Origin: a virus
DNA length: 64,000 nt
IMG/VR virus record: IMGVR_UViG_3300042298_003052
Location: 32,001 to 96,000 of that record
Reading direction: 5' to 3' (one strand)
In this document: in pieces, positions 49,341-58,315 of the stretch
Position numbering within the stretch: position 1 is the first letter of the stretch
Layout of the letters: each line of letters starts with the position of its first letter
Position numbers and translations under genes: made by a program
The notes under the pieces: generated by a model
The model's database searches: none
What the model saw: the letters and a program-made list of their open reading frames with translations, nothing else
Told to the model about the DNA's origin: nothing

Positions 49341-49596
49341 TATTCAGATTCTTGATTTTATATATTACATAGGGCCATCCAAACAACGATAGCACAAACC
49401 ATTTTATCCAAAAATGAGAAGAGAATATCTTTTCAGCACTATTACCAAACTCCAAGCCTAATATAACAAATAATCCTTCATCGTTGATAATCAACGCCGT
49501 TAAGACCAATAATAGTAGGAGTGTTGTTAAAACCACACCTACCAGTAGGTATGACACACAAAGCTCAAAGATCACACTAAGAATTTCGCTATACAT
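49330..49596 (-). CDS. Small two-TM membrane protein
   Basis: Two hydrophobic stretches, WP motif. Confidence 0.5.
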   Translation of the reverse strand: MYSEILSVIFELCVSYLLVGVVLTTLLLLLVLTALIINDEGLFVILGLEFGNSAEKIFSSHFWIKWFVLSLFGWPYVIYKIKNLNNEV

Positions 49597-49796
49597 GGTA
49601 ATACTGTAACACTCTTGTTAGATAGATGTTTCTCAGCTCTGTGAATAGCCGACAACTCATTTCGCGCCCATATAGCGATGATGGTGCGATCTAAGAATCG
49701 ATTGTGTTTTCTACTGTAGCGATCGCACTGAACCCAATACAACTGCTGGCGTAACAACCTACGCCACAATCTTTGGATTTTAGTGATTAACCACAT
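49572..49796 (-). CDS. Hypothetical protein
   Basis: ORF only. Confidence 0.45.
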   Translation of the reverse strand: MWLITKIQRLWRRLLRQQLYWVQCDRYSRKHNRFLDRTIIAIWARNELSAIHRAEKHLSNKSVTVLPCIAKFLV

Positions 49797-49888
49797 GCGC
49801 CACTAGGATATGTTTTAAGAATCATAACACAGCAAGAGAAACGTGTGTTAGCATAATAGCTATGTTGTTGGAACTTTAATACTATATT

Positions 49889-50197
49889 ATGCTACCGGAA
49901 CTGATACTCATTTCTGATATACACAGAAGTTTGTTAGAAGCTGCGTTCATCTCGTACATAGACGAAGATCTAAACGAACTAGATGAACTGTGGTACGAAC
50001 AGTGCGATAACGAACAACAAAAACAAATAGACAAAAAAGGTAAATACAAATTCTACATTAAACCTATGTTGGATCTAGGTTTGATAGAATTGAATACTAA
50101 GAAAAGACTATATTATTGTACAGAGGAAGGAAAAACAGTACTCCTTAGATTGAGCGAAGATTTTCCTATGTATAGAGAAGGATTAATCGATTACTAA
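49889..50197 (+). CDS. Putative winged-helix protein
   Basis: LDLGLIE.....YYCTEEGK wing motif. Confidence 0.55.
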   Translation: MLPELILISDIHRSLLEAAFISYIDEDLNELDELWYEQCDNEQQKQIDKKGKYKFYIKPMLDLGLIELNTKKRLYYCTEEGKTVLLRLSEDFPMYREGLIDY

Positions 50198-51451
50198 ATC
50201 AACACTATCCACATCTTGTGAATCAAGAATAACATAGTCGTTGAAATGAAATGCGTCACCCACAATGTCCTGTATAGGAGTAGACGCTGCTAAGTGTGGA
50301 CAAGAAAACGTTCTATTGTTGTGTTCGTCTTCATAATAAGTATCCACACGTACTTGATCGCCTGATTTTAGCATTTCGCAATTAGGACAGCGGAGATGAG
50401 GTTTATATAGAAAAATAGTAAATGATACACTCTTATAAACCTTATCTTCAATGTTCTTAAACAATGTAGAACTACGAGAAACAGCGATCGCTAATACCAA
50501 CGAAGCTAATCCTTCTTTCTCTATAATCTCTTTGTTATGATCGCTAAAGCCTTCAAAATTTTCGTCGATAACAACTGAACTGGATAAGATAAAATTGTCA
50601 TCGTCTACGACAAGATTCTCTCCTACGAGATTAGCTCCAATCTTAGTTAACAACTTCACATCTAACTTGCGATCGTTCTGATTGACAAGATTATTAGCGA
50701 TATTTAGTTTTACGATAACCCAATCATCAGCGATCGTACTTTCCTCTGTTAGTTCACATATCTGGGTGAGTTCTTTCTCAGTTACATCTGTAGCGTTTGA
50801 GAAAGCTTTATAAAACTCATCTTCTGAAACATCTAACACAAACCGTCTTGAATTGTCTGAGGACGTAACACTCTTATTAGAGGATTTATTAGGATCATAA
50901 GCCCAATTCTTTAACGATATGTCACGTTTACTAGGACACTCTTTAGAGACAGGTTCCCCATTAGGCATATTTTTCATACGACTTACAAAACTAATGGTTC
51001 TGTTAGCCCATCTAATATGCTTATTAGTCCACTCTGCTTTCTCAGTTTTTAGAAGTTCTAAATTTCTTTTGATTGGAAGGCGAGAAATAGAGGCTTTCCT
51101 GCTACATTCGGTTTCTGACCATCTTTGTAGTTCAGAAGCCGACATATTTACAGCATCTCTATATTTTCCATATACTTCGTCCAGTCTGTCACTATCAACA
51201 GCTCTTTTAGATTCAATAGGCTGAATTTTTGTCAAAGCAGAACCTTTATGACCTACCAATGTGTCAGTAGGTTCAGAATCTCTATAGACTCTAATTTGAT
51301 AAGCAGGATCTTCTGGAGTTCCTTCGACCTTCACATCGATGTCTGGCACAAGACCATCAGTGACTTTTTTAGTTATTTTACCTCTAGCTCTACCACCACT
51401 AGAGTTCCAACTTACAAACTCACCTACTTTGAAATCTTTTGGATTAGCCAT
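50183..51451 (-). CDS. Multidomain head-associated protein (Tudor/DUF2945-like, DUF3140-like, degenerate protease paralog)
   Basis: FKVGEFVSWNSSGG..GHK; VNMSASELQRW..ISLKNWAYDP; C-terminal half aligns by eye with 43865..44761. Confidence 0.6.
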   Translation of the reverse strand: MANPKDFKVGEFVSWNSSGGRARGKITKKVTDGLVPDIDVKVEGTPEDPAYQIRVYRDSEPTDTLVGHKGSALTKIQPIESKRAVDSDRLDEVYGKYRDAVNMSASELQRWSETECSRKASISRLPIKRNLELLKTEKAEWTNKHIRWANRTISFVSRMKNMPNGEPVSKECPSKRDISLKNWAYDPNKSSNKSVTSSDNSRRFVLDVSEDEFYKAFSNATDVTEKELTQICELTEESTIADDWVIVKLNIANNLVNQNDRKLDVKLLTKIGANLVGENLVVDDDNFILSSSVVIDENFEGFSDHNKEIIEKEGLASLVLAIAVSRSSTLFKNIEDKVYKSVSFTIFLYKPHLRCPNCEMLKSGDQVRVDTYYEDEHNNRTFSCPHLAASTPIQDIVGDAFHFNDYVILDSQDVDSVDLVID

Positions 51452-51517
51452 GATACTCTAAATGTTATATAGATAGATTAGAGAAGATTGGATCATTCAT
51501 CGTACAAAGATAGCAAT

Positions 51518-52885
51518 TCATCCAAAACGGGTTCTTAGAAAATCCCCATTGAGTTGAACGAATTTTTCTTTTGCTTCTTCTTCCTGAACTTCTATAGGTT
51601 TACTAGGTTGACTAACTGGGTTTAATCCAGGGATACCATCAAAGTTTACCCAACTAGGCCATGCTATTTCAACAAAGGGACGTTCTTCACACCATTCTTC
51701 ATATCCATAGTTCAATGTATATTCAAGTCCTATGGCGTATATAATCTGTTCAGCAATGATAGATCGCGCATGTGCGATCGTTCTACCATAGGATATAGCA
51801 GGTAAATTACCTAGTTCTTTACTTGCACCTTGAACAATACCTAGTCCTGCAATAAGAGGTACAGGAACCGTAGGTAGCATACAAGAATACCGTGTCTGCA
51901 TATAGTAATCCATAAGTCCTTTCAAAGAAGGATTGGCTTCACTACTGCGTCTAATGTCACTACCATGAGGTAGATAGACGTGACTTATGTAACCTTGACC
52001 ACTTGCTAAGTTGGCCTCGAATTCGCTTCTGTAATTTTGTAAATAAGTATTATCGTGTTGTTCACCACAGGTGTGTATCCAAAAGGCCAGTGATTCTCCT
52101 GCCGATCGCTCTAAAAGAATACTGGCATCTTTCATTTTACGCCAACTTTCTATTTGTGCGAAACACGCTGGGAATCCATAACGTTGTCGCATACCATAAG
52201 AGAACTGTAATATACGAGCTGTATCATAACCTCCCCAAATGCGATCGCTTTCAGAAGATTGTGTTCTTACTTGTTGTCGATAACTAATTAATTTCCCTGT
52301 TTCATCCTCTTCTACAAACATCGACCATGCTGGTAGATAATTAGATCGCTCAATGTACCATCGTCCTGCACCATCGTTTTGGATGCTTAATTCCATAAAA
52401 GCATCACCTCTACCATACGCCCCGTATACAGCTTGTTCGAGGCGTTGAGCACCAAGTACAGGATCTCTACCAGAATATCTATTGGATAAATCCCTTGCGA
52501 TTCCTATTACTCTATCGTTAGGAGAGCGTTCTAACAGTAAACCATCATCCCTTTTTGTTTTAACACGCCACGATTCAACACTACCATCAGATGACTGGAA
52601 ACAATTCTGACTGATAAGACGTAAACATGTTGTCATCTCAGGACTCCATGTTATCATCTCCTCACACTCTATGGCTAATGCTACATCACCGTAAAGTAAT
52701 CCTCGTATGGGTAACTCTACAATGTCCCATACTCTCGTTCTGTAAGTGTTGTGACCGACAGGACGAAGTTGATCTTGGCTTCCTATAAGATCAGCACCTT
52801 GAGAAGGTCTTCCACGCTTGCGAGAACGCGATCTGCCGTTGACTAAGTATAATAGATCGCTAACATTCTTGAAAAAAGAAGCCAT
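51518..52885 (-). CDS. Probable portal protein
   Basis: 455 aa; GDAFME, RYGFP and P.PLI.G patterns; first gene of the head module. Confidence 0.6.
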   Translation of the reverse strand: MASFFKNVSDLLYLVNGRSRSRKRGRPSQGADLIGSQDQLRPVGHNTYRTRVWDIVELPIRGLLYGDVALAIECEEMITWSPEMTTCLRLISQNCFQSSDGSVESWRVKTKRDDGLLLERSPNDRVIGIARDLSNRYSGRDPVLGAQRLEQAVYGAYGRGDAFMELSIQNDGAGRWYIERSNYLPAWSMFVEEDETGKLISYRQQVRTQSSESDRIWGGYDTARILQFSYGMRQRYGFPACFAQIESWRKMKDASILLERSAGESLAFWIHTCGEQHDNTYLQNYRSEFEANLASGQGYISHVYLPHGSDIRRSSEANPSLKGLMDYYMQTRYSCMLPTVPVPLIAGLGIVQGASKELGNLPAISYGRTIAHARSIIAEQIIYAIGLEYTLNYGYEEWCEERPFVEIAWPSWVNFDGIPGLNPVSQPSKPIEVQEEEAKEKFVQLNGDFLRTRFG

Positions 52886-52925
52886 TTATGTTAAACTCTC
52901 AATCGGAGTAATAAGATCAACCATT

Positions 52926-53075
52926 ATGGACATAAATAACTTAGTACAAACAGAGCCGATAAGTCTTGCCTTATTTTCTTTTTTATTGGGCACCATGTTA
53001 ACATTATCGCTAACCGTAAGTTTCACGTTCGTTTTTCTTTTACTTTTTAGAGATGATGAAACCCCTGACGAATGA
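52926..53075 (+). CDS. Small membrane protein
   Basis: Hydrophobic ORF from MDINNL; divergent from the portal gene. Confidence 0.35.
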   Translation: MDINNLVQTEPISLALFSFLLGTMLTLSLTVSFTFVFLLLFRDDETPDE

Positions 53076-53241
53076 TACTCTTGAATTGTTAGCAAGGAGT
53101 ATTGTATCACAATTATCCTTTCAACAATCTGTGCAAGTAGCTGTGTTGATTATTGCATATTGTTGGGGTTGTGGACGAAACGAAACAGAGTCCGTACTTG
53201 TTAAAGGAGTAAAGGAGTACTTCGATGGAAACTCAGACTGA
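53053..53241 (+). CDS. Hypothetical protein
   Basis: Part of an overlapping small-ORF operon. Confidence 0.45.
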   Translation: MMKPLTNDTLELLARSIVSQLSFQQSVQVAVLIIAYCWGCGRNETESVLVKGVKEYFDGNSD

Positions 53242-53482
53242 TATTTACGAAAGGTTAAGTAAAGTAGAATTAGAATTGACAGCATTAAAGAAAGTGATTT
53301 CTAAGAACATCAACGATAATAATTCTTTGCATAGAGACATATATGAAATAGCTACCGAAACCAACATAGCCCAATATGGATGTAGTATAGCTATTAGAAC
53401 ATTATTGGCGCGATTAGCTAAAGAATACGAGAACGATCGCGTCATATATCAATTTATACAAACTTTGTACGAATCTCTATGA
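53225..53482 (+). CDS. Hypothetical protein
   Basis: AAGGAG RBS, coiled coil. Confidence 0.55.
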   Translation: METQTDIYERLSKVELELTALKKVISKNINDNNSLHRDIYEIATETNIAQYGCSIAIRTLLARLAKEYENDRVIYQFIQTLYESL

Positions 53483-53844
53483 CAAAGATCGCAACTATTG
53501 AACAAAATAATCCCAAAAAAAATAACTTGATGCCGTGTTTTGCGATCGTCCTGCAACGTATAAACGGTATGGATCGTTATACGGAAATAGGGAAAGCTAT
53601 AGCTGAGCGATCAGAATATCTCTATAACAAAAACGGTTTGTATATACAGCCTCAAAACGGTAAATCTCCGTATATTGACGGGTTTCAAAATTGTTTAGAT
53701 CTGCTATGTTACCTTGTTCAAGCTGTAACAGAAGCCCTTATAGCTAATGAAGATCAAGGAAAAATAGATGTACTCGAACGTTGCTTTCGTGCTACTCTAG
53801 AAATGGCTCTGATACTCTATGACAACGAGCAAAACAAATGTTGA
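53479..53844 (+). CDS. Hypothetical all-alpha phage protein
   Basis: ATGA coupling; NG...IDGFQ..LD...Y pattern weakly reminiscent of MazG-like phage proteins. Confidence 0.5.
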   Translation: MTKIATIEQNNPKKNNLMPCFAIVLQRINGMDRYTEIGKAIAERSEYLYNKNGLYIQPQNGKSPYIDGFQNCLDLLCYLVQAVTEALIANEDQGKIDVLERCFRATLEMALILYDNEQNKC

Positions 53845-54050
53845 ACTACTTGGATCATTTAATTAAAACTACCACGTTGGAAAAAATCTCGTATTTGGTA
53901 AAAACATTTGGTAGAAAAGAATTGGAAGTTCTCTATCAAAAATTGAAAACTGTCACAAACTCGGACGACGAAGTGATAAATAAAAGTCGTGGAGAAATAG
54001 AAACAAAGGTGATAGAACTTTTCAAAAAGACAAAAAATGAAAAGTCCTAG
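53838..54050 (+). CDS. Hypothetical protein
   Basis: Overlapping operon ORF. Confidence 0.5.
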   Translation: MLNYLDHLIKTTTLEKISYLVKTFGRKELEVLYQKLKTVTNSDDEVINKSRGEIETKVIELFKKTKNEKS

Positions 54051-54267
54051 AAAAGCCTGGTGTATACATTACATTGGAAAGATTAAAGGTAAACACACGG
54101 CGTATAGAAAAGCTATAGCCATACAATACAAGGATGGTGCGATGTTACCTTACGGTATTGTCTTTTTTGCCAAACACGGGAAAAGAGATGGATACTACAT
54201 AACAAAATCGCTAAACGTTAATCCAATGTATGTAGATAGTAAAGAACTGTTTCTGACACCGCTATGA
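54037..54267 (+). CDS. Hypothetical protein
   Basis: Overlapping operon ORF. Confidence 0.5.
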   Translation: MKSPRKAWCIHYIGKIKGKHTAYRKAIAIQYKDGAMLPYGIVFFAKHGKRDGYYITKSLNVNPMYVDSKELFLTPL

Positions 54268-54884
54268 ACATAGTGAATCTGCCGCCTCTCCCAGTTCTTA
54301 TAAGATCTGAGTATTTAGAGAATGGTGACTCTAAAAGACTTATAAAAGCACGATTAGCCACTGTAAAAAGTGTGCCAGGAGAGGCGTTTAGATTTGAGGT
54401 GTATATACCAGAATACGGAGCGTTATATGACAAACTTCCAATAGAATGTATTCTGCACAAAGAAGGAAATAATTACTTACAAACAAACGAATTACAGTTA
54501 TGGGATTGTTTTGATAATTACATTAATGTGATTAAAAAAAGCGTTATAAACAATATAGATTGTATAGCCTATATAAGAAGCAAAAAGATGAGAGGTTATT
54601 ATGTTCTTACTATAGATAGTTATACCCCATCAGATAGACTATCTTTAAGTTATACAGAAGATCCAGAAGAACATAAAAGTTTTAATATGATCGCATTAAA
54701 TAACGGTCAATTTGCGCTTTTACCTAACAATAGAGTTCAGTTTGTAGACGCAAGTTTAAGTGGTAGCGATAATCCTCCCTTACCTAAATTCAAAGTGGCC
54801 TCCAAACGGTACTACTGTGAAGGAGGATCTATCGCTACCGATGATTGGTCATACAGACTAACTTCAGAGGAGTCTAGCAGCTAA
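54264..54884 (+). CDS. Conserved phage hypothetical protein
   Basis: GALYDKLPI, LQLWDCF, EHKSFN, NGQFALLPNNR motifs recalled from uncharacterised aquatic phage proteins. Confidence 0.65.
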   Translation: MNIVNLPPLPVLIRSEYLENGDSKRLIKARLATVKSVPGEAFRFEVYIPEYGALYDKLPIECILHKEGNNYLQTNELQLWDCFDNYINVIKKSVINNIDCIAYIRSKKMRGYYVLTIDSYTPSDRLSLSYTEDPEEHKSFNMIALNNGQFALLPNNRVQFVDASLSGSDNPPLPKFKVASKRYYCEGGSIATDDWSYRLTSEESSS

Positions 54885-56183
54885 TTCACTCAAAGGCGAT
54901 CGCTCTGTCTTACTCAATGTTATATGAGCAGAAAGATCGCTTTCTTTGAACCGTTCTACGACAAGACTTAACCCATTGCTACCACTATCTAAATAACTAC
55001 TATCTATTTGAGTAGGATCTCCAGATAGTATACATTTAGAACCTTCACCGATTCTAGTTAAAACGGTCTTCACTTCTGATGGACTCATATTCTGAGCTTC
55101 GTCTACCCATATATATTGTTCTGGTAGCGATCGTCCTCGTATGTGAGCAAGTGATTCAGCCTGTATAAGACCTTGTTCCTCTAGATCGTCATAAGCACTA
55201 CGTTTGGTCTTTTTGTCGTGCTTATAGTTACAAATCACATCAAGGTTGTCTTTGATCGGAGCTAACCAAGGTGTTAGTTTCTCACTTAATGATCCTGGTA
55301 AAAACCCTAAATCGTTCTTAGAGCCTCCCATAGGCATTGTAGGCTTGGAAACCAACATACGAGTATAAACACCCGCCTGTACCTTTGATAAGCCCACAGC
55401 TAAGGCCATAAGACTCTTACCTGTACCAGCAGCACCACTTATCGTTACAAGGGGTACAGAGTCATCTAAGAGTAAATGCAGGGCAAATGTTTGTTCTCTA
55501 TTTTTAGGAGTGATTCTACTAATTTGATCCAGCTTTGGTAACGCTCTGATCACTCCCTGTTTATAGATCGCTAGAACAGTATGAGAAGGATTCGCTACAT
55601 CTCGTACAGTTATACACTCGTTAGGGAAGTAAGGATCGTTTGTAACAATACCGCGATCAAATAACTGACTCATTTGATCTGCTGTCATAACGGTTTCTGA
55701 GTGACCATCATATAAATGTGTGTGGTCAATTTTCTCAGATCTGTAATCTTCTGTCTTTACACGAAGTCCACCCGCTTTTACACGGAGATTTATATCTTTA
55801 GTTACAAGAACAACTTGTTCATCACTCTTTTCTCGTAACTCAGTTAGATATTTGGCTGTGGCGAGTAGACAATTATCAACTTTATCTCTAGACAATTCAG
55901 CCGGTATCTTAGATATAATTTCTTGACTGATGACAGATATAATTAGTTTGCCACCGTTAGGTAAAGATACACCTTGAATTAAATCGCCTTGTTGACGTAA
56001 TTTATCAAGCTCCCTAGAAACGTGTCTTGCATTACGATTTAATACGCCATCTCCTGTTTTGAAAGAATCCAATTCTTCTAAAACACTTATACAAAGAACT
56101 ACAACATTATCATCAAACTTGTATATGGATAGGCTGTCATGCAATAGAACATTGGTATCTAGAACGTAATACTTTACCATCAT
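54864..56183 (-). CDS. phoH: PIN-domain PhoH-family protein (PhoH2/YlaK type)
   Basis: VLDTNVLLHD PIN motif, DN..L, VTKDINLR; GAAGTGKS, GFLPG, RGRSL, DEAQN, GDPTQID, ERS. Confidence 0.92.
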   Translation of the reverse strand: MMVKYYVLDTNVLLHDSLSIYKFDDNVVVLCISVLEELDSFKTGDGVLNRNARHVSRELDKLRQQGDLIQGVSLPNGGKLIISVISQEIISKIPAELSRDKVDNCLLATAKYLTELREKSDEQVVLVTKDINLRVKAGGLRVKTEDYRSEKIDHTHLYDGHSETVMTADQMSQLFDRGIVTNDPYFPNECITVRDVANPSHTVLAIYKQGVIRALPKLDQISRITPKNREQTFALHLLLDDSVPLVTISGAAGTGKSLMALAVGLSKVQAGVYTRMLVSKPTMPMGGSKNDLGFLPGSLSEKLTPWLAPIKDNLDVICNYKHDKKTKRSAYDDLEEQGLIQAESLAHIRGRSLPEQYIWVDEAQNMSPSEVKTVLTRIGEGSKCILSGDPTQIDSSYLDSGSNGLSLVVERFKESDLSAHITLSKTERSPLSELAARLL

Positions 56184-56232
56184 TCACACAGATCGCATCG
56201 ATCTATATAATAATTGATTCAAACTCGTGCGA

Positions 56233-56406
56233 TCAAAAGGACGGATTTAGACAAAAAAAAAGACCCTTTTCAGGGTCACAATTGATACCTTTCTTAAGGC
56301 GTTCTACCAGTAATCGATGTGCTGCTAACCATGCTTGATGTTTGCGCGGCGTTTTCTTGCTCTTCCTTTGAGGTTCGCCACTTGCTTGCCAGTTAGGTTG
56401 TATCAT
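56233..56406 (-). CDS. Small basic protein (57 aa) with a terminator inside the ORF
   Basis: AGGAGG RBS before ATG 56406; MIQPNWQASGEPQRKSKKTPRKHQAW... Confidence 0.55.
   Translation of the reverse strand: MIQPNWQASGEPQRKSKKTPRKHQAWLAAHRLLVERLKKGINCDPEKGLFFCLNPSF
56253..56277 (-). terminator. Rho-independent terminator inside the small basic ORF
   Basis: GACCCT-GAAA-AGGGTC followed by T9. Confidence 0.75.
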
Positions 56407-56424
56407 GGTATGTCCTCCTGTAGA

Positions 56425-56497
56425 AGCCGCCACCGAGACTCGAACTCGGAACCTTCGGTTTACAAAACCACTGCTCCACCGATTGAGCTATGGCGGC
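56425..56497 (-). tRNA. tRNA-Thr(TGT)
   Basis: GCCGCCA/TGGCGGC acceptor stem, TAGCTCAATCGG D arm, loop TT-TGT-AA, GTTCGAGTC T arm. Confidence 0.9.
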
Positions 56498-56560
56498 ATG
56501 ACCTGTGCAATACTATAGCACCTATGATATGATATCGACAACCAATTAGCTTAGGAACCA

Positions 56561-56761
56561 ATGGAAGAACTTACCTTAGAACAAGAACTTGAATTGGTCG
56601 TATTCGATAAAAAAGTCGATATGATGAGCGGCGATCAGGCCAGGGATTTATTAAAGAAAGTTCACAGAACCATGATAATCAGAGAAACAATGTATAAGAC
56701 TATACTGAAAAAAAGTCTGGGTGTAAAGGATTATCAACAAAACATTAATCGTCAACTATGA
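56561..56761 (+). CDS. nblA: Phycobilisome degradation protein NblA
   Basis: LTLEQEL.L..F...V..MS.DQARDLL......MIIRETMYK.ILK matches the NblA consensus. Confidence 0.85.
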   Translation: MEELTLEQELELVVFDKKVDMMSGDQARDLLKKVHRTMIIRETMYKTILKKSLGVKDYQQNINRQL

Positions 56762-56991
56762 AAATTCAAATCTGTCCTGTTTGTGAAACTCGGGTTTTAG
56801 AAGGTAGATTTTATGTTAGTAGACCTGTTAAGAACGGTGAAACGTTCGAGCGGATCTATGATGTAGAGTTTCCACCAGATGTACAACACACACGTATTTG
56901 TCAGTACGCTAAGAAACAAGGATGTCTGAACACCTGTAAAGTTATTAATGAAAAGGAACTTTTTGAAAATCGAAATCTCGGAATTAATTAA
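56758..56991 (+). CDS. Hypothetical Cys-rich protein
   Basis: CPVC...RICQYAK..GCLN; ATGA coupling to nblA. Confidence 0.6.
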   Translation: MKIQICPVCETRVLEGRFYVSRPVKNGETFERIYDVEFPPDVQHTRICQYAKKQGCLNTCKVINEKELFENRNLGIN

Positions 56992-56993
56992 AA

Positions 56994-57406
56994 TGTATCT
57001 GATCGCTAAGAATAAATATAGGTTTGATATACCTATTAGTCTTCAAAGAAACCATCTCCTAGATATATGGCATCTAGACAAAGCTCATTGGTTTACTTTG
57101 TGCGGTGTAAAAGTAAAAGAAGTTTTTTCAAAATCTTCTGAGTTAGTACGATTTAATCTAGAACGTTTTGGTCACACACAAGAAGTGACTATAGAACAAG
57201 ATCGCAACGTCACGAAAGTTAACGTGAATAACTGCATGTTAATCTTTACCATTGAGGAAGAGAAGGAAAATCATCACTTTCTGAATGTAGAAATGCGATC
57301 TGACTATAGAGTGCTGCGTATACTGTGGCCGATTATCCAGTTGGTGTTTCTATTGACGGTCATAGAAGACATCGTGTATTATAAAAAAAGTGAGACATTA
57401 GCTTAA
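56994..57406 (+). CDS. Hypothetical protein (SRPBCC-like character)
   Basis: ATG 56994 follows the upstream stop; 3' end overlaps tRNA-Lys. Confidence 0.45.
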
Positions 57407-57462
57407 CGGTAAAGCACGGGGCTTTTAACCTCTTGATGGAAGTTCGATTCTTCCATGTCTCA
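57392..57462 (+). tRNA. tRNA-Lys(TTT)
   Basis: GAGACAT/ATGTCTC acceptor stem, loop CT-TTT-AA, GGAAG-TTCGATT-CTTCC T arm. Confidence 0.85.
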
Positions 57463-57497
57463 TTCTCATTGAACAGTTAACAAAGGAGGACATAGAA

Positions 57498-57974
57498 ATG
57501 GTATCAATTAACAGAGATGTTTTGGAAGAACGTATTCTTGACTTTGAAGATGCGGTGACCGCCGCAGGTACAGAGTTTTACGGTATCGGACCACTGTTTG
57601 GGGATATTGTCCGCCACTGGCTGCAAAAACAAACTGGAGAAAGTGTAGAGCTGTTGGCTATTGCCCTCGCGATTGAAACGTGGCTACGCGATGACTTTGC
57701 TAAGCTCGTAGAGCAATACGCTAGTAGAGAGAAGTATGCAGGTTCCTTGGAGGGTAAAATCGACACTATTGTACGTGTAGCCAAAAATCGGCTCATTACA
57801 GCCAAAGAAGCCTGGTCTGAGGGTAGAGAGTTTTATTCCACTATCTATGGCCAACATCATGAGCTCAAGCGCAAGCTCATGAAGGAATCCTCCGACGAAG
57901 AGATAATGGATAGTATTCATGAAACGGCTGCTGAAAATAGAGATAACCGTAGGCTGATACGGGGACAAGGCTAA
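57498..57974 (+). CDS. Hypothetical protein
   Basis: AAGGAGGA RBS; lies between tRNA genes. Confidence 0.65.
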   Translation: MVSINRDVLEERILDFEDAVTAAGTEFYGIGPLFGDIVRHWLQKQTGESVELLAIALAIETWLRDDFAKLVEQYASREKYAGSLEGKIDTIVRVAKNRLITAKEAWSEGREFYSTIYGQHHELKRKLMKESSDEEIMDSIHETAAENRDNRRLIRGQG

Positions 57975-58024
57975 AGGCGCACTTTGAATAACGGAACAGA
58001 AATAAGGAAATAAAAAGCGGTTGT

Positions 58025-58053
58025 TTGAAAAGCGTCTCTATTTGTTCTATAAT
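58025..58053 (+). promoter_or_regulatory. Sigma70-type promoter for the tRNA pair
   Basis: TTGAAA-17 bp-TATAAT, 14 nt before tRNA(CAT). Confidence 0.7.
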
Positions 58054-58067
58054 ACTTAAAAAAATAC

Positions 58068-58140
58068 CCAGGGTTGGCCGAGCGGATTAGGCAACGAACT
58101 CATAATTCGTCTTAGGTAGGTTCAACTCCTACACTCTGGA
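58068..58140 (+). tRNA. tRNA with CAT anticodon (probably Ile2, lysidine type; Met not excluded)
   Basis: CCAGGGT/ACTCTGG acceptor stem, ACGAA-CTCATAA-TTCGT anticodon arm; resembles cyanobacterial trnI-CAU and lacks the initiator GGG/CCC stem. Confidence 0.85.
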
Positions 58141-58144
58141 CTTC

Positions 58145-58220
58145 CCTCTGCTGGGCTAATTGGACAAGCCACCACCCTTCTAAGGTGTTCATCATCCTGG
58201 TTCAAGTCCAGGGCAGAGGA
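58145..58220 (+). tRNA. tRNA-Arg(TCT)
   Basis: CCTCTGC/GCAGAGG acceptor stem, GGCT/AGCC D stem, loop CT-TCT-AA, CCTGG-TTCAAGT-CCAGG T arm. Confidence 0.85.
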
Positions 58221-58242
58221 TCAATCTATTAATCGCATAAAC

Positions 58243-58280
58243 AAAAAAAAAGATCGCAATTGGGTGACTCAATTGCGATC
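58243..58280 (-). terminator. Rho-independent terminator
   Basis: GATCGCAATTG / CAATTGCGATC stem with a T-tract on the minus strand; separates convergent units. Confidence 0.75.
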
Positions 58281-58315
58281 CGGAAACCATGTTCTAAACC
58301 TAAAACTATTATAGA

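Noticed and set aside
56407-56532. ORF starts overlapping tRNA-Thr (56433 minus; 56335..56532 plus)
   Set aside because: They run through the tRNA gene; the RBS-supported start is 56406
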